64,000 bases of DNA from a virus (lineage: Duplodnaviria; Heunggongvirae; Uroviricota; Caudoviricetes): the IMG/VR virus record IMGVR_UViG_2645727948_000011; one strand, 5' to 3'. The notes under the pieces are model-generated. The model was not told where the DNA came from and made no database searches. It saw nothing but the letters and a program-made list of their open reading frames with translations. A program made the translations under genes and the position numbers. Positions 1 to 9,038 of this stretch are shown piece after piece; position 1 is the stretch's first letter; the number at the start of each line of letters is the position of its first letter.

Positions 1-13
1 TGGTTTAGGAGAA
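1..13 (-). other. Partial invertase crossover site (cix/mix-like), inverted relative to the six cassette sites; remainder lies upstream of the window
   Basis: Reverse complement of 1-13 is TTCTCCTAAACCA, matching the left half of the 26-bp sites found in each cassette. Confidence 0.4.
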
Positions 14-463
14 GGCTCGGCGCTGCCCGTTGGTGTACCTGTTCCATGGCCATCAGCCACACCTCCAACGGGGTGGCTGAAATGCAATGGTGCAGCATTT
101 TCTTCTGAAAAGTACCCAAATCTGGCAAAGGTTTACCCAACGTTAAAATTACCTGATTTACGCGGTGAGTTTATCCGTGGTTGGGATGATGGGCGAGGTG
201 TGGATGCGGGAAGGGTCATCTTAAGCATACAGGGGTGGTTAACAGGAAGTCATTATCATAATATTCGGTCATGGGACGCGTGGGATAACACGGTATTGGT
301 GCCAAATGACAGAGGGGGGGATAGTCTGTTGTCGACAGATAACGCCGTCCGAGAAGGAGCGATTAATGGTAAATTTACCAGTCAATACAGAACGGAGTTA
401 TCTGGGGGGAATGAAACCCGCCCACGTAACATTGCCTTCAATTATATTGTGAGAGCAGCATAA
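1..463 (+). CDS. S: Tail-fibre protein, 3' portion (5' end cut by window edge); the expressed variable tip
   Basis: Frame open from base 2 to stop at 461-463; contains collar-like motif LPDLRGEFIRGWDDGRG; ends ETRPRNIAFNYIVRAA like the six silent cassettes; followed by a tfa-like gene. Confidence 0.75.
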   Translation, partial: GLGEGSALPVGVPVPWPSATPPTGWLKCNGAAFSSEKYPNLAKVYPTLKLPDLRGEFIRGWDDGRGVDAGRVILSIQGWLTGSHYHNIRSWDAWDNTVLVPNDRGGDSLLSTDNAVREGAINGKFTSQYRTELSGGNETRPRNIAFNYIVRAA

Positions 464-1074
464 TGGATAATGCGATATTAAATAGCGAACTTATAGCCAT
501 ACAGGCAGGTAACATTATCGTTTATAACTATGATGGTGGTAATCGGGAATATATTTCTGCATCAACTGAATATCTTGCTGTTGGCGTTGGTATTCCGGCA
601 AATTCTTGTTTGGATGCTCCAGGCTCACATAAAGCAGGTTATGCGATTCTCCGTTCAGAGGATTTAAGTTCATGGGAGTATGTGCCAGATCATCGTGGCG
701 AAACTGTCTATAGCATTGACACTGGGAATCCCGAAGAAATCACGGTGTTGGGTGACTATCCGGAAAATACAACCACTATCGCCCCGCTAACACCATACGA
801 CAAATGGGATGGAGAGAAATGGGTGGTTGATACTGAGGCTCAACATAGTGCAGCTGTAGAGGCAGCAGAAACAAAACGTCAGTCATTGATTGATACTGCG
901 ATGGATTCCATTAGTCTGATTCAGTTGAAATTACGGGCTGGACGGAAGTTGACGCAGGCAGAAACCACGCAGCTTAACTCCGTGCTAGATTATATAGACG
1001 AGCTGAACGCGATGGATTTAACCACGGCACCAGATCTCAACTGGCCTGAAAAACAACTTTCTACAGCCAGTTGA
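463..1074 (+). CDS. U: Tail-fibre assembly chaperone (Tfa/U-like)
   Basis: 203-aa ORF immediately after the tail-fibre stop; position and size typical of Mu/P1 U-type chaperones. Confidence 0.65.
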   Translation: MDNAILNSELIAIQAGNIIVYNYDGGNREYISASTEYLAVGVGIPANSCLDAPGSHKAGYAILRSEDLSSWEYVPDHRGETVYSIDTGNPEEITVLGDYPENTTTIAPLTPYDKWDGEKWVVDTEAQHSAAVEAAETKRQSLIDTAMDSISLIQLKLRAGRKLTQAETTQLNSVLDYIDELNAMDLTTAPDLNWPEKQLSTAS

Positions 1075-1079
1075 TATAA

Positions 1080-1577
1080 TTAATCCGCCCTCACAATATA
1101 ATTAAATGCAATATTACGAGGGCGGGTTTCTAAGCCAGCAGTACCTAAATTAGCTACGGACTGTTTATATGTTTTAAAAGTTCCATAATTAGGGGCTGGC
1201 AATCCTGCATCGCTTGTGTTCCCCCATCTGATAACTCCCGTATTACCACTAGTAGCCCATGCCTCGTCAAAGTAGAAATTAATTGAGCTGTCAGTTGCTA
1301 CGGTTGATTTTGACGGTAATCCGTGAGCATGATCCTCCGTTGCATATCCTTGCTCGCTTAAAATAGAGCGACCTGGATCAATCCCGCGCCCGTCATCCCA
1401 GCCACGAATGAACTCACCACGTAAATCAGGCAATTTATTTGTCGGGTAAGCCTTTGCCAGTTCCGGGTATTCTTCAGCAGAAAAAGCCGCACCGTTGCAT
1501 TTCAGCCAGCCTGTTGGCGGAGTGGCTGAAGGCCACGGAACAGGGACACCAACAGGTAATGCAGAGCCTTCTCCCAA
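1080..1577 (-). CDS. Silent alternative tail-fibre C-terminal cassette 1 (promoterless)
   Basis: Starts with conserved block GLGEGSALPVGVPVPWP...KLPDLRGEFIRGWDDGRG, variable middle, conserved end RPRNIAFNYIVRA. Confidence 0.65.
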   Translation of the reverse strand: MGEGSALPVGVPVPWPSATPPTGWLKCNGAAFSAEEYPELAKAYPTNKLPDLRGEFIRGWDDGRGIDPGRSILSEQGYATEDHAHGLPSKSTVATDSSINFYFDEAWATSGNTGVIRWGNTSDAGLPAPNYGTFKTYKQSVANLGTAGLETRPRNIAFNYIVRAD

Positions 1578-1594
1578 ACCAACGTTTTTATGCC
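1569..1594. other. Putative crossover site TTCTCCCAAACCAACGTTTTTATGCC
   Basis: Near-dyad core AAACC-AA-CGTTT resembling Gin/Cin/Hin-type sites; same 26-mer recurs at each cassette 5' end. Confidence 0.5.
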
Positions 1595-2064
1595 GCCCTT
1601 ACGATGTAATTAAATGCGATATTTCGTGGACGGGTTTCACTCCCGCCAGTATTACCAATACTCCCTCGAGAATGAAGTGTCGGTGATGGAATCAAATTCC
1701 CTCCTGTATTTGAGGCATCAAGCCCCCGTCCTTGTGTGTATGTTTTTTTGAAAATTGTCGCCAGCTCCCATTCATCTTTTGTGTCGTAACCATCATTGGC
1801 TACAACAATATGTCGGTGCTTTTCCAGCATTCCTGTCTGAATGCTCAATAAAGCACGTCCAGCATCCACCCCGCGCCCATCATCCCAGCCGCGAATAAAT
1901 TCTCCCCGTAAATCCGGTAATTTATTGGTGGGATAAGCCTTTGCCAGATTTGGGTACTTTTCAGAAGAAAATGCTGCACCATTGCATTTCAACCACCCCG
2001 TTGGAGGTGTGGCTGAGGGCCACGGAACAGGTACGCCAACAGGCAATGCAGAGCCTTCCCCCAA
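1588..2064 (-). CDS. Silent alternative tail-fibre C-terminal cassette 2
   Basis: Same conserved N-block and C-terminal RPRNIAFNYIVRAA, distinct variable middle. Confidence 0.65.
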   Translation of the reverse strand: MGEGSALPVGVPVPWPSATPPTGWLKCNGAAFSSEKYPNLAKAYPTNKLPDLRGEFIRGWDDGRGVDAGRALLSIQTGMLEKHRHIVVANDGYDTKDEWELATIFKKTYTQGRGLDASNTGGNLIPSPTLHSRGSIGNTGGSETRPRNIAFNYIVRAA

Positions 2065-2081
2065 ACCAACGTTTTTATGCC
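2056..2081. other. Putative crossover site TTCCCCCAAACCAACGTTTTTATGCC
   Basis: Repeat of the 26-bp site. Confidence 0.5.
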
Positions 2082-2536
2082 GCCCTTACGATATAATTAA
2101 AGGCAATATTACGAGGACGGTTTTCATTAGCTGTTGGCACGACACGAGAGGCGTCGAATCCAAGGTCATCGGTTTTGCCTATATCAGTTGTGTTATTCGG
2201 CATTCTCGCAGATCGTGTTCCTGCATCATAAAAAGCCCCTCTGATTGCATCAAAAGACATACCAATCCCGCCATCTGCGAACCCCTCAATATTTCTTATT
2301 GCATCCCCCTGTGAAGATAATAATTGTCGCCCGGCATCCACACCACGTCCGTCATCCCAGCCACGAATAAATTCACCGCGTAAATCCGGCAATTTATTAG
2401 TAGGGTAAGCCTTTGCCAGATTTGGGTACTTTTCAGAAGAAAATGCTGCTCCGTTACATTTCAGCCACCCCGTTGGCGGTGTTTCTAAGGGCCACGGAAC
2501 GGGCACGCCAACGGGCAATGCTGAGCCTTCCCCCAA
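2075..2536 (-). CDS. Silent alternative tail-fibre C-terminal cassette 3
   Basis: Same architecture as cassettes 1-2. Confidence 0.65.
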   Translation of the reverse strand: MGEGSALPVGVPVPWPLETPPTGWLKCNGAAFSSEKYPNLAKAYPTNKLPDLRGEFIRGWDDGRGVDAGRQLLSSQGDAIRNIEGFADGGIGMSFDAIRGAFYDAGTRSARMPNNTTDIGKTDDLGFDASRVVPTANENRPRNIAFNYIVRAA

Positions 2537-2553
2537 ACCAACGTTTTTATGCC
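2528..2553. other. Putative crossover site
   Basis: TTCCCCCAAACCAACGTTTTTATGCC. Confidence 0.5.
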
Positions 2554-3014
2554 GCCCTTACGATATAATTAAACGCAATATTACGGGGGCGGGTTTCAGA
2601 TGCTGTACGAACTGAGCGAGAGGCGTCGAATGTCCAGTTATAAGAGCCATAACCCTCAATAATTTCCGTTTCCTTTAGGCCTGTAGATAATACTTGACCA
2701 TGTTGACTAAATGGCCCTGAACTAAGTACATCTCTAAAAAGCTGAGTACGCCCGAAAGAACCAACAATATTCTGAATTGCATCATTCTGTGCAGATAATA
2801 AATTACGGCCAGAGTCAATCCCCCGCCCGTCATCCCAGCCGCGAATAAATTCGCCCCGTAGATCCGGCAATTTATTAGTGGGGTAAACCTTTGCCAGTTT
2901 GGGATACATTTCAGAAGAAAATGCTGCTCCGTTACATTTTAGCCAGCCCGTTGGTGGTGTTTCTAAGGGCCACGGAACGGGCACACCAACAGGCAGTGCA
3001 GAGCCTTCCCCCAA
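2547..3014 (-). CDS. Silent alternative tail-fibre C-terminal cassette 4
   Basis: Same architecture. Confidence 0.65.
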   Translation of the reverse strand: MGEGSALPVGVPVPWPLETPPTGWLKCNGAAFSSEMYPKLAKVYPTNKLPDLRGEFIRGWDDGRGIDSGRNLLSAQNDAIQNIVGSFGRTQLFRDVLSSGPFSQHGQVLSTGLKETEIIEGYGSYNWTFDASRSVRTASETRPRNIAFNYIVRAA

Positions 3015-3031
3015 ACCAACGTTTTTATGCC
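3006..3031. other. Putative crossover site
   Basis: TTCCCCCAAACCAACGTTTTTATGCC. Confidence 0.5.
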
Positions 3032-3453
3032 GCCCTTACGATGTAATTAAATGCGATATTTCGCGGCCTGACAGCAACAAAATTTATACCATCACCTACA
3101 GAGTTACTGGTGAAATTAAATCGTGAAAATCCTGGCTGATTTCCGACGATGCCATCATGAAAATTAATTGCGTGCCCCGCACCATCGCCTATATTTCCGG
3201 CACGATGAGAAAAGTTTGTAGCCTCTTGGCTGCTTAATAATGCTCGCCCATTGTCCACACCTCGTCCATCATCCCAACCTCGAATAAATTCGCCCCGTAG
3301 ATCCGGCAATTTATTAGTGGGGTAAACCTTTGCCAGATTTGGGTACTTTTCAGAAGAAAATGCTGCACCATTGCATTTCAGCCACCCCGTTGGTGGTGTG
3401 GCTGAGGGCCATGGAACAGGTACACCAACGGGCAGCGCCGAGCCTTCCCCTAA
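3025..3453 (-). CDS. Silent alternative tail-fibre C-terminal cassette 5 (shorter variable region)
   Basis: Conserved N-block is in frame from about 3453 (the ORF track starts at an internal TTG at 3309 only because no start codon lies upstream); ends RPRNIAFNYIVRAA. Confidence 0.55.
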   Translation of the reverse strand, partial: LGEGSALPVGVPVPWPSATPPTGWLKCNGAAFSSEKYPNLAKVYPTNKLPDLRGEFIRGWDDGRGVDNGRALLSSQEATNFSHRAGNIGDGAGHAINFHDGIVGNQPGFSRFNFTSNSVGDGINFVAVRPRNIAFNYIVRAA

Positions 3454-3470
3454 ACCAACGTTTTCATGCT
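3445..3470. other. Putative crossover site (variant TTCCCCTAAACCAACGTTTTCATGCT)
   Basis: Same core AAACCAACGTTT. Confidence 0.45.
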
Positions 3471-3967
3471 GCCCTTACGATGTAATTAAAAGCAACGTTG
3501 CGGGGGCGCATTGATATCCATGCCCCGGTAAAATTATCCTCTGCCGTCCTTTGAGTGCCTGTTATGGAGTTATCTGATGATGCTGGAACATAATCGCTAT
3601 TATCTCCTGCTTTAGGATTAGCAGGGTTTCCAACAGTTATAACAGAATCAGCAGTAGCATAAGCGATACCTACTTTGACATTAGTAGTCAGATCGACACC
3701 GTAATAATCCTGCAAAGCTGTACGAATAAATGTTGCAGTCTGACCACTTAGCAATGAACGCCCTGTATCAATCCCTCTCGAATCATCCCAACCACGGATA
3801 AACTCACCGCGTAAATCAGGTAATTTTAACGTTGGGTAAACCTTTGCCAGATTTGGGTACTTTTCAGAAGAAAATGCTGCTCCGTTACATTTCAGCCACC
3901 CCGTTGGCGGTGTGGCTGAGGGCCATGGAACAGGTACACCAACAGGCAGTGCAGAGCCTTCCCCCAA
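3464..3967 (-). CDS. Silent alternative tail-fibre C-terminal cassette 6 (outermost, next to invertase)
   Basis: Same architecture; ends RPRNVAFNYIVRAA. Confidence 0.65.
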   Translation of the reverse strand: MGEGSALPVGVPVPWPSATPPTGWLKCNGAAFSSEKYPNLAKVYPTLKLPDLRGEFIRGWDDSRGIDTGRSLLSGQTATFIRTALQDYYGVDLTTNVKVGIAYATADSVITVGNPANPKAGDNSDYVPASSDNSITGTQRTAEDNFTGAWISMRPRNVAFNYIVRAA

Positions 3968-3984
3968 ACCAACGTTTTAGTCTT
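3959..3984. other. Putative outer crossover site TTCCCCCAAACCAACGTTTTAGTCTT
   Basis: Last copy of the site, about 55 bp upstream of the invertase start. Confidence 0.5.
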
Positions 3985-4038
3985 AATCCCTACCTATACC
4001 AACGATGTATTTTTAACTAAACAAAGAGGTTGTTTTTC

Positions 4039-4611
4039 ATGCAAATTGGCTACATTCGTGTGTCAACAAATGACCAAAACACAGATTTACAAAGAAATGC
4101 ACTGAACTGCGCAGGATGTGAACTGATTTTTGAAGATAAAATAAGCGGAACAAAGTCAGCCAGACCAGGCTTGAAAAAGCTGCTCAGAACGTTATCAGAA
4201 GGAGATACGCTGGTTGTCTGGAAGCTGGATAGGCTTGGCAGAAGTATGAAACACCTTATCACGCTTATAGAGGAGTTGCGGGAAAAAGGTGTTAATTTCC
4301 GTAGTCTGACAGACAGTATTGACACATCAACACCCATGGGGCGTTTCTTTTTTCACGTCATGGGGGCTTTAGCAGAAATGGAACGTGAATTAATTGTTGA
4401 GAGAACACTGGCCGGACTGGCAGCTGCACGCGAACAGGGACGCATTGGCGGACGTCGCCCGAAGTTGACAAAAGAACAACATGAGCAAATAGCGAGGTTG
4501 ATCGAAAATGGCTACAGCAGGAAACAGTTGGCAATTATTTACGATATCGGTGTATCGACGATTTATCGTTATCATCCTGTAGAGAAGCGCCAAACTCAAT
4601 CTGAGCTGTAA
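4039..4611 (+). CDS. cin: Serine DNA invertase (Gin/Cin/Hin/Min family)
   Basis: MQIGYIRVSTNDQNTDLQRN... catalytic-serine resolvase N-domain, C-terminal HTH; ATG at 4039 preceded by AGAGG (the ORF track TTG at 4030 is less likely). Confidence 0.9.
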   Translation: MQIGYIRVSTNDQNTDLQRNALNCAGCELIFEDKISGTKSARPGLKKLLRTLSEGDTLVVWKLDRLGRSMKHLITLIEELREKGVNFRSLTDSIDTSTPMGRFFFHVMGALAEMERELIVERTLAGLAAAREQGRIGGRRPKLTKEQHEQIARLIENGYSRKQLAIIYDIGVSTIYRYHPVEKRQTQSEL

Positions 4612-5046
4612 TTCTAATGCCGCGTCGGTGTAATTTATCTTGATAGAATAGGTACATTTATCGCGCGGCACATCAATTCGATGTATCTAGCGCCTGCTGA
4701 CCGCTAATGAAAACTGTCCTCGAAATGTTGTCCCTAGCCCGAGACTAGGGTATCACCTCTGGAAAGCATACGCAGAACCTTTTTTAACCCAGGGTGCCCA
4801 GCCTTTTTGCTGCTCGCCTTATTCGCAAAAATTAGCTCACATCCTGCGCTTTCAAGTGCTTTTCACTGCATAGCTGTGTTTTGTTCATTTGTCTATATGC
4901 GTACATAGCCTATTAGCATATTTTCTGCCCACTATCGTTATTTATTGCAAGCTACAGGTTTTAATTAACAAAACCAGTGTGTGTGGAAATCACAAAGTGC
5001 ATACCGTTCTCAGATGTTGTTCAACTTACTGTTGTATAGGTAAAAA

Positions 5047-5310
5047 ATGACATTTTATGTACATATCGTGATGTTATCCCTTCTTGGTGGGGTGTATTCG
5101 TATTTGAGTGGGCTATGTGAAAACCGTTACGAGTCTTCATGCAAGAAATTGCTGGCCGAATGTATTTCCGCCGTACTTGCTGGCTTTATTGGCATGTATC
5201 TCGCGGAATATAAGGATATGAATGAAAGCCTTCAGAGCTGCATGGTTCTTATTTTCAGCGCCAATAGCAGGCTTATTATTGAAGGTTCCAAAAGTCGGTT
5301 GAATAGGTAA
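5047..5310 (+). CDS. Hypothetical small membrane protein
   Basis: 87-aa ORF with hydrophobic segments; weak RBS. Confidence 0.3.
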   Translation: MTFYVHIVMLSLLGGVYSYLSGLCENRYESSCKKLLAECISAVLAGFIGMYLAEYKDMNESLQSCMVLIFSANSRLIIEGSKSRLNR

Positions 5311-5384
5311 GTCTCTTATGCAACATAACCGGTTGAGAAGTTACTTTGCATACCATTACCTCCTGACAACGTAGGAGGGAACTT

Positions 5385-5714
5385 GTGCTTGACACACAGG
5401 AATTAGCTCCAGTTGCTATTGCGCTCCTGCTTTCAGTAATTGGTGGGATAGGCACGTTCCTGATGGATGTCCGAGACGGTCGCCAGTCTGGCAATTTGTT
5501 GGGATTGGTTACGGAGATCTTTGTTGCAGTGACAGCTGGCGCGGTGGCGTACCTATTGGGGCAACACGAGGGCTGGGAGTTATCAATTACGTACTTAATG
5601 GTAACGATAGCCAGCAATAACGGTCATGAGGTGATTTCAGGGATGAAACGAGTGAATATCGATAGCATTCTGAATGTTCTTACAAGTTTGGTGAAAAAGG
5701 GAGGCGGGAAATGA
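5385..5714 (+). CDS. lydA: Holin-like membrane protein
   Basis: GTG start after AGGAGGG; two or three hydrophobic helices; first gene of the darA-type operon as in P1. Confidence 0.55.
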   Translation: MLDTQELAPVAIALLLSVIGGIGTFLMDVRDGRQSGNLLGLVTEIFVAVTAGAVAYLLGQHEGWELSITYLMVTIASNNGHEVISGMKRVNIDSILNVLTSLVKKGGGK

Positions 5715-6154
5715 TTGGCTGGGGTGTATGCGTTCTTGCGTTAGCCTTAGCCGATCGCTATTTGCTAAAACGCAAGGACATCACGCATTTAGAACTTGGT
5801 GATGTGGAAATTAAACCGGGTTTCATCCGGGTGCCGTTCAAATACCGGTCTAAATTCCCGTTTTTGCGCGGCGCAACGGTCAGATATTGGATCCGCGATG
5901 TTCAGAAGCCGACGACAGTGATTGAAGGCGAACAACGTTGTTTGACGTCGGCTGAACAGGGCGAAAACAGTGAATGGTTGTACATACCCACTGAATATAT
6001 GGGTAAAGGAGAGCGACTGTGGCATTTCAACGTCATGGTTACGCATGGCGACTCGTTCATTAACCCGTTGTATCGGATTTTCCCTGTTACTCAGCAAATC
6101 CGCAGAAGTTACGTAATAAATCTCGCACAGGATGTGTCAGATGACGAAAAATAA
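5711..6154 (+). CDS. lydB: Antiholin-like protein
   Basis: Overlaps lydA stop; position as in P1. Confidence 0.45.
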   Translation: MIGWGVCVLALALADRYLLKRKDITHLELGDVEIKPGFIRVPFKYRSKFPFLRGATVRYWIRDVQKPTTVIEGEQRCLTSAEQGENSEWLYIPTEYMGKGERLWHFNVMVTHGDSFINPLYRIFPVTQQIRRSYVINLAQDVSDDEK

Positions 6155-6743
6155 GTATGCAACGGTCGATTTTGACCAGGTTAATGAAAAGGGGCTGAAA
6201 TCCCTTATCGCGGCGATCAATAAAACCGGTGTTACGGTAATTGAGGTTGACTCCAGCAACCGCGCAACAACGAAAGATGGCGTTAAAGTTAAAACCGCAA
6301 AGCTGGTTCTTAACGACGGACAAATTCTTGCCATACAGGTAAACGATACTGGCGATATATCGTCTGTGAGGCTGAATGGAAAAGCTATTCCTAACGCTCA
6401 ATCGCCGGATATCAAGACGCTTGGTACCGTCATGGGGCAAGCGGCCCGCAAAAACTCCGCAAAATTCCAGAAATCACTGATCGCCAAAGCGAAACGTGTT
6501 GCCAATCCGGTAGACAAGAAACCGGCAGTAAAATCCAACTTTCAGCGCCTGCAAGAGGCAAAACAGCGGAATGCTCAGGTGGTTGCCGCTTATAAATCAG
6601 CGCAGAACTCGGTGTCTTTCAATCAACAGCAGATCACTGATTTGCGGGCGAAGCTGGATAAGGAGACAGGCCGACTCAATAACGAAAAGGCCCGAAATGG
6701 CGAACTCAAACGCCGTCTTAAGCAACTGAAAGCAGGAAATTAA
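6141..6743 (+). CDS. hdf: Hdf-like protein (shares KNSAKFQ segment with DarA)
   Basis: ATG at 6141 after AGGATG; internal similarity to the DarA middle region. Confidence 0.45.
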   Translation: MTKNKYATVDFDQVNEKGLKSLIAAINKTGVTVIEVDSSNRATTKDGVKVKTAKLVLNDGQILAIQVNDTGDISSVRLNGKAIPNAQSPDIKTLGTVMGQAARKNSAKFQKSLIAKAKRVANPVDKKPAVKSNFQRLQEAKQRNAQVVAAYKSAQNSVSFNQQQITDLRAKLDKETGRLNNEKARNGELKRRLKQLKAGN

Positions 6744-6744
6744 C

Positions 6745-8664
6745 ATGGAACAGTTCAATATCAATAAAGGGGTGACGATCAAGCCTGGGCTTGACGTGCT
6801 TCCCCCGCCAGTGACTGATGATGAATATCGCGCATTAATGGCCGGTGAGGACCGCTATCTGATGACGGAATCCAACACCCTGGAGGAAATCGAGGCTACG
6901 TTCTTCTATGACACGCCGATCCACTGGTGTGCTACGGATTTACTGGAGGCGATTAGTTCTACTCGTTTGCAGTTACACCGGACCATGCAGGCATTTGTCC
7001 GGGCATTGAACCAGAAGCTGAATGGTACCGGAATCTCTGCGGGGAGTGATAAAACGGGGGATGTGGCCCAGAGCGGCGCGCGCGCGATCGGCGGCGCTGA
7101 AATTGGCCGGGCACGTAACGTTAACGGGCTGCCGGTCTTGCCAGCCATTATTCCGCTCAGTGATGGTCAGACTATCAGCATTCTGTTTCATAGCCCGACA
7201 GCGGAAAACCGGATCACCAATAGCGATACGCTGGTTGCTTTCCAGTTCTTACTGAATAAAAAAGACGTTACTCACACCGTTGCTCCGATGAGTGGACGTG
7301 ATATGACGCTGGCGCAGGTCACCATGAAACTTGCCAACCTTGCAGAGAAAAACTCGGCAAAATTCCAGCGTGCGCAGAAGAAGAAAAAAGCCCTTGTTGA
7401 TGAAATAACCCAACTACAGGCTGACAGTGACCAGAAAGAGGATGCCATGAGCGACCTCGCGGATCAGGTGGCAGCGGTAGAAGGGCAGAAGGCAGATCTG
7501 GAGCAGAAAATTAACGCTGTTGCATCGGAAGCGGATTCTCTTTATGAAGAGAATGAGCGTTTGCAGACGGAGATTGATCAGCTCAATCGCACAGGTGGGC
7601 GCGATACCATTGATCCAGCGGGGATGACTGGTGGGCACTCGCGCGCGCTGACGGATCGCCTTGCCAGTATCAAAAATCGTATGCATATGAACGGGGAAGT
7701 GACGCTCAGTAATGGAGCATCAATGAAGCAATTCATTGAGGACGGCGAAGGGTATATCCAGTTAACCGATCCGGATGGCAGCGTATACATGATCAAGGCT
7801 AAATCCATACAGGGTGTGGACATGGCAGATGCGATCGGCAAGCTGTTTAAAGCCTATAAAGCGGGTAATGTATCGGAATACCTGGTCCAACCAGAAGAAC
7901 ATAAACCGGAAAACGTCGAACCTGAACCAGCGGAGGATACCGGTAGCTCTTCGCCTGAACCAGAAGTCTCTGTAGGTGCATATCGATATGCCCTGCAAAT
8001 GCGTCCGGCGGCCCCTGGCGCAATACCTGAAGGTAACAAAGCAATTCTGCCGCGCCCTGATGAAGGTGACCCGTATTATGAATATGCACGCTACGGCATT
8101 GCTACTTACGATACCCCGCTTTCTGATCAGCAAATGAGTGAGTACGACCTGAAGTTATTGCCTCGCGAGGATTCTTTCGACTTCCTGGCGAAGACACTTA
8201 CTAATGGTCCGTTTGGCAAATATGCACAAAAAGCTCTGGAGCTGGCCACCAGCTCACCAGACGAGTTCCGCGTAATGCTGAAAACTCAGTTTCAAAAAAC
8301 TTTCCCCAATATTGCGTTTCCTGGGGGCGCTGGCACCGAGAAAATGGTGCAGAGCATGATCAATGCATTGCAGGCCGAAGTCGGTGAGATTACTCAGCCA
8401 GAACCGGCCCCGGCACAGCCTGATGAAACGGTTAGCGAAGCAGATGCAGAGGCTAATAAAGCCATTGAATATCTCAATAACGTGATGGATATACAAAGCA
8501 CTGACATGGCGGAGATCCGTAACGCCCGGGGCAATGTCCGGGAAGCGATTGCAGCCCTTCAGGCTGCCGGACGTTTTGAGGAAAACGAAGAGCTGGTTAA
8601 CGGCGCAGCTCGCCACCTGGCTGATCTGTTGGTAGCAATCCAGAAAGCGGGGGTAGCGGCATGA
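6745..8664 (+). CDS. darA: DarA-like internal head / antirestriction protein
   Basis: 639-aa ORF in the P1 darA position. Confidence 0.55.
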   Translation: MEQFNINKGVTIKPGLDVLPPPVTDDEYRALMAGEDRYLMTESNTLEEIEATFFYDTPIHWCATDLLEAISSTRLQLHRTMQAFVRALNQKLNGTGISAGSDKTGDVAQSGARAIGGAEIGRARNVNGLPVLPAIIPLSDGQTISILFHSPTAENRITNSDTLVAFQFLLNKKDVTHTVAPMSGRDMTLAQVTMKLANLAEKNSAKFQRAQKKKKALVDEITQLQADSDQKEDAMSDLADQVAAVEGQKADLEQKINAVASEADSLYEENERLQTEIDQLNRTGGRDTIDPAGMTGGHSRALTDRLASIKNRMHMNGEVTLSNGASMKQFIEDGEGYIQLTDPDGSVYMIKAKSIQGVDMADAIGKLFKAYKAGNVSEYLVQPEEHKPENVEPEPAEDTGSSSPEPEVSVGAYRYALQMRPAAPGAIPEGNKAILPRPDEGDPYYEYARYGIATYDTPLSDQQMSEYDLKLLPREDSFDFLAKTLTNGPFGKYAQKALELATSSPDEFRVMLKTQFQKTFPNIAFPGGAGTEKMVQSMINALQAEVGEITQPEPAPAQPDETVSEADAEANKAIEYLNNVMDIQSTDMAEIRNARGNVREAIAALQAAGRFEENEELVNGAARHLADLLVAIQKAGVAA

Positions 8665-9026
8665 CACTATCAGCTATTGAGTTAATGGATCTCAGCGATA
8701 AGTTGGATGCTCTGATGTCCAAAGCGGCGACCGCGAGTGGCATGGAGTTGCTGGATATCAGCGATGAAATTGACCAGATCATGCAACAGATGGGGTACGG
8801 CGCGTCCGGCGGTGGTAGTGGCGAGGAAAAACAACCTTCGGAACATGATGGTGTGCCAAAACTGGTTGCTGATTTCCTGGCTGATAAATTCGTCGATCAG
8901 AGCACCGATGCATTTATCGGTACCTTGCAGGATTTGAGTCAATATGTTGGCACATACATCGACCTGGACCAGGTTAAACAGCACACGGCGGCATGGATAG
9001 CCGCCAACATTAAAGAGGCAGCATAA
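8661..9026 (+). CDS. ddrA: DdrA-like protein
   Basis: 121 aa, overlaps darA stop. Confidence 0.45.
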   Translation: MTLSAIELMDLSDKLDALMSKAATASGMELLDISDEIDQIMQQMGYGASGGGSGEEKQPSEHDGVPKLVADFLADKFVDQSTDAFIGTLQDLSQYVGTYIDLDQVKQHTAAWIAANIKEAA

Positions 9027-9038
9027 GGCGTAACAGGG

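Noticed and set aside
1-4000. Regularly spaced ~480-bp tandem repeats that could be mistaken for a CRISPR-like or satellite array
   Set aside because: Repeat units are far too long, are in-frame protein-coding cassettes with variable middles, and are flanked by an invertase; no short repeat-spacer structure.
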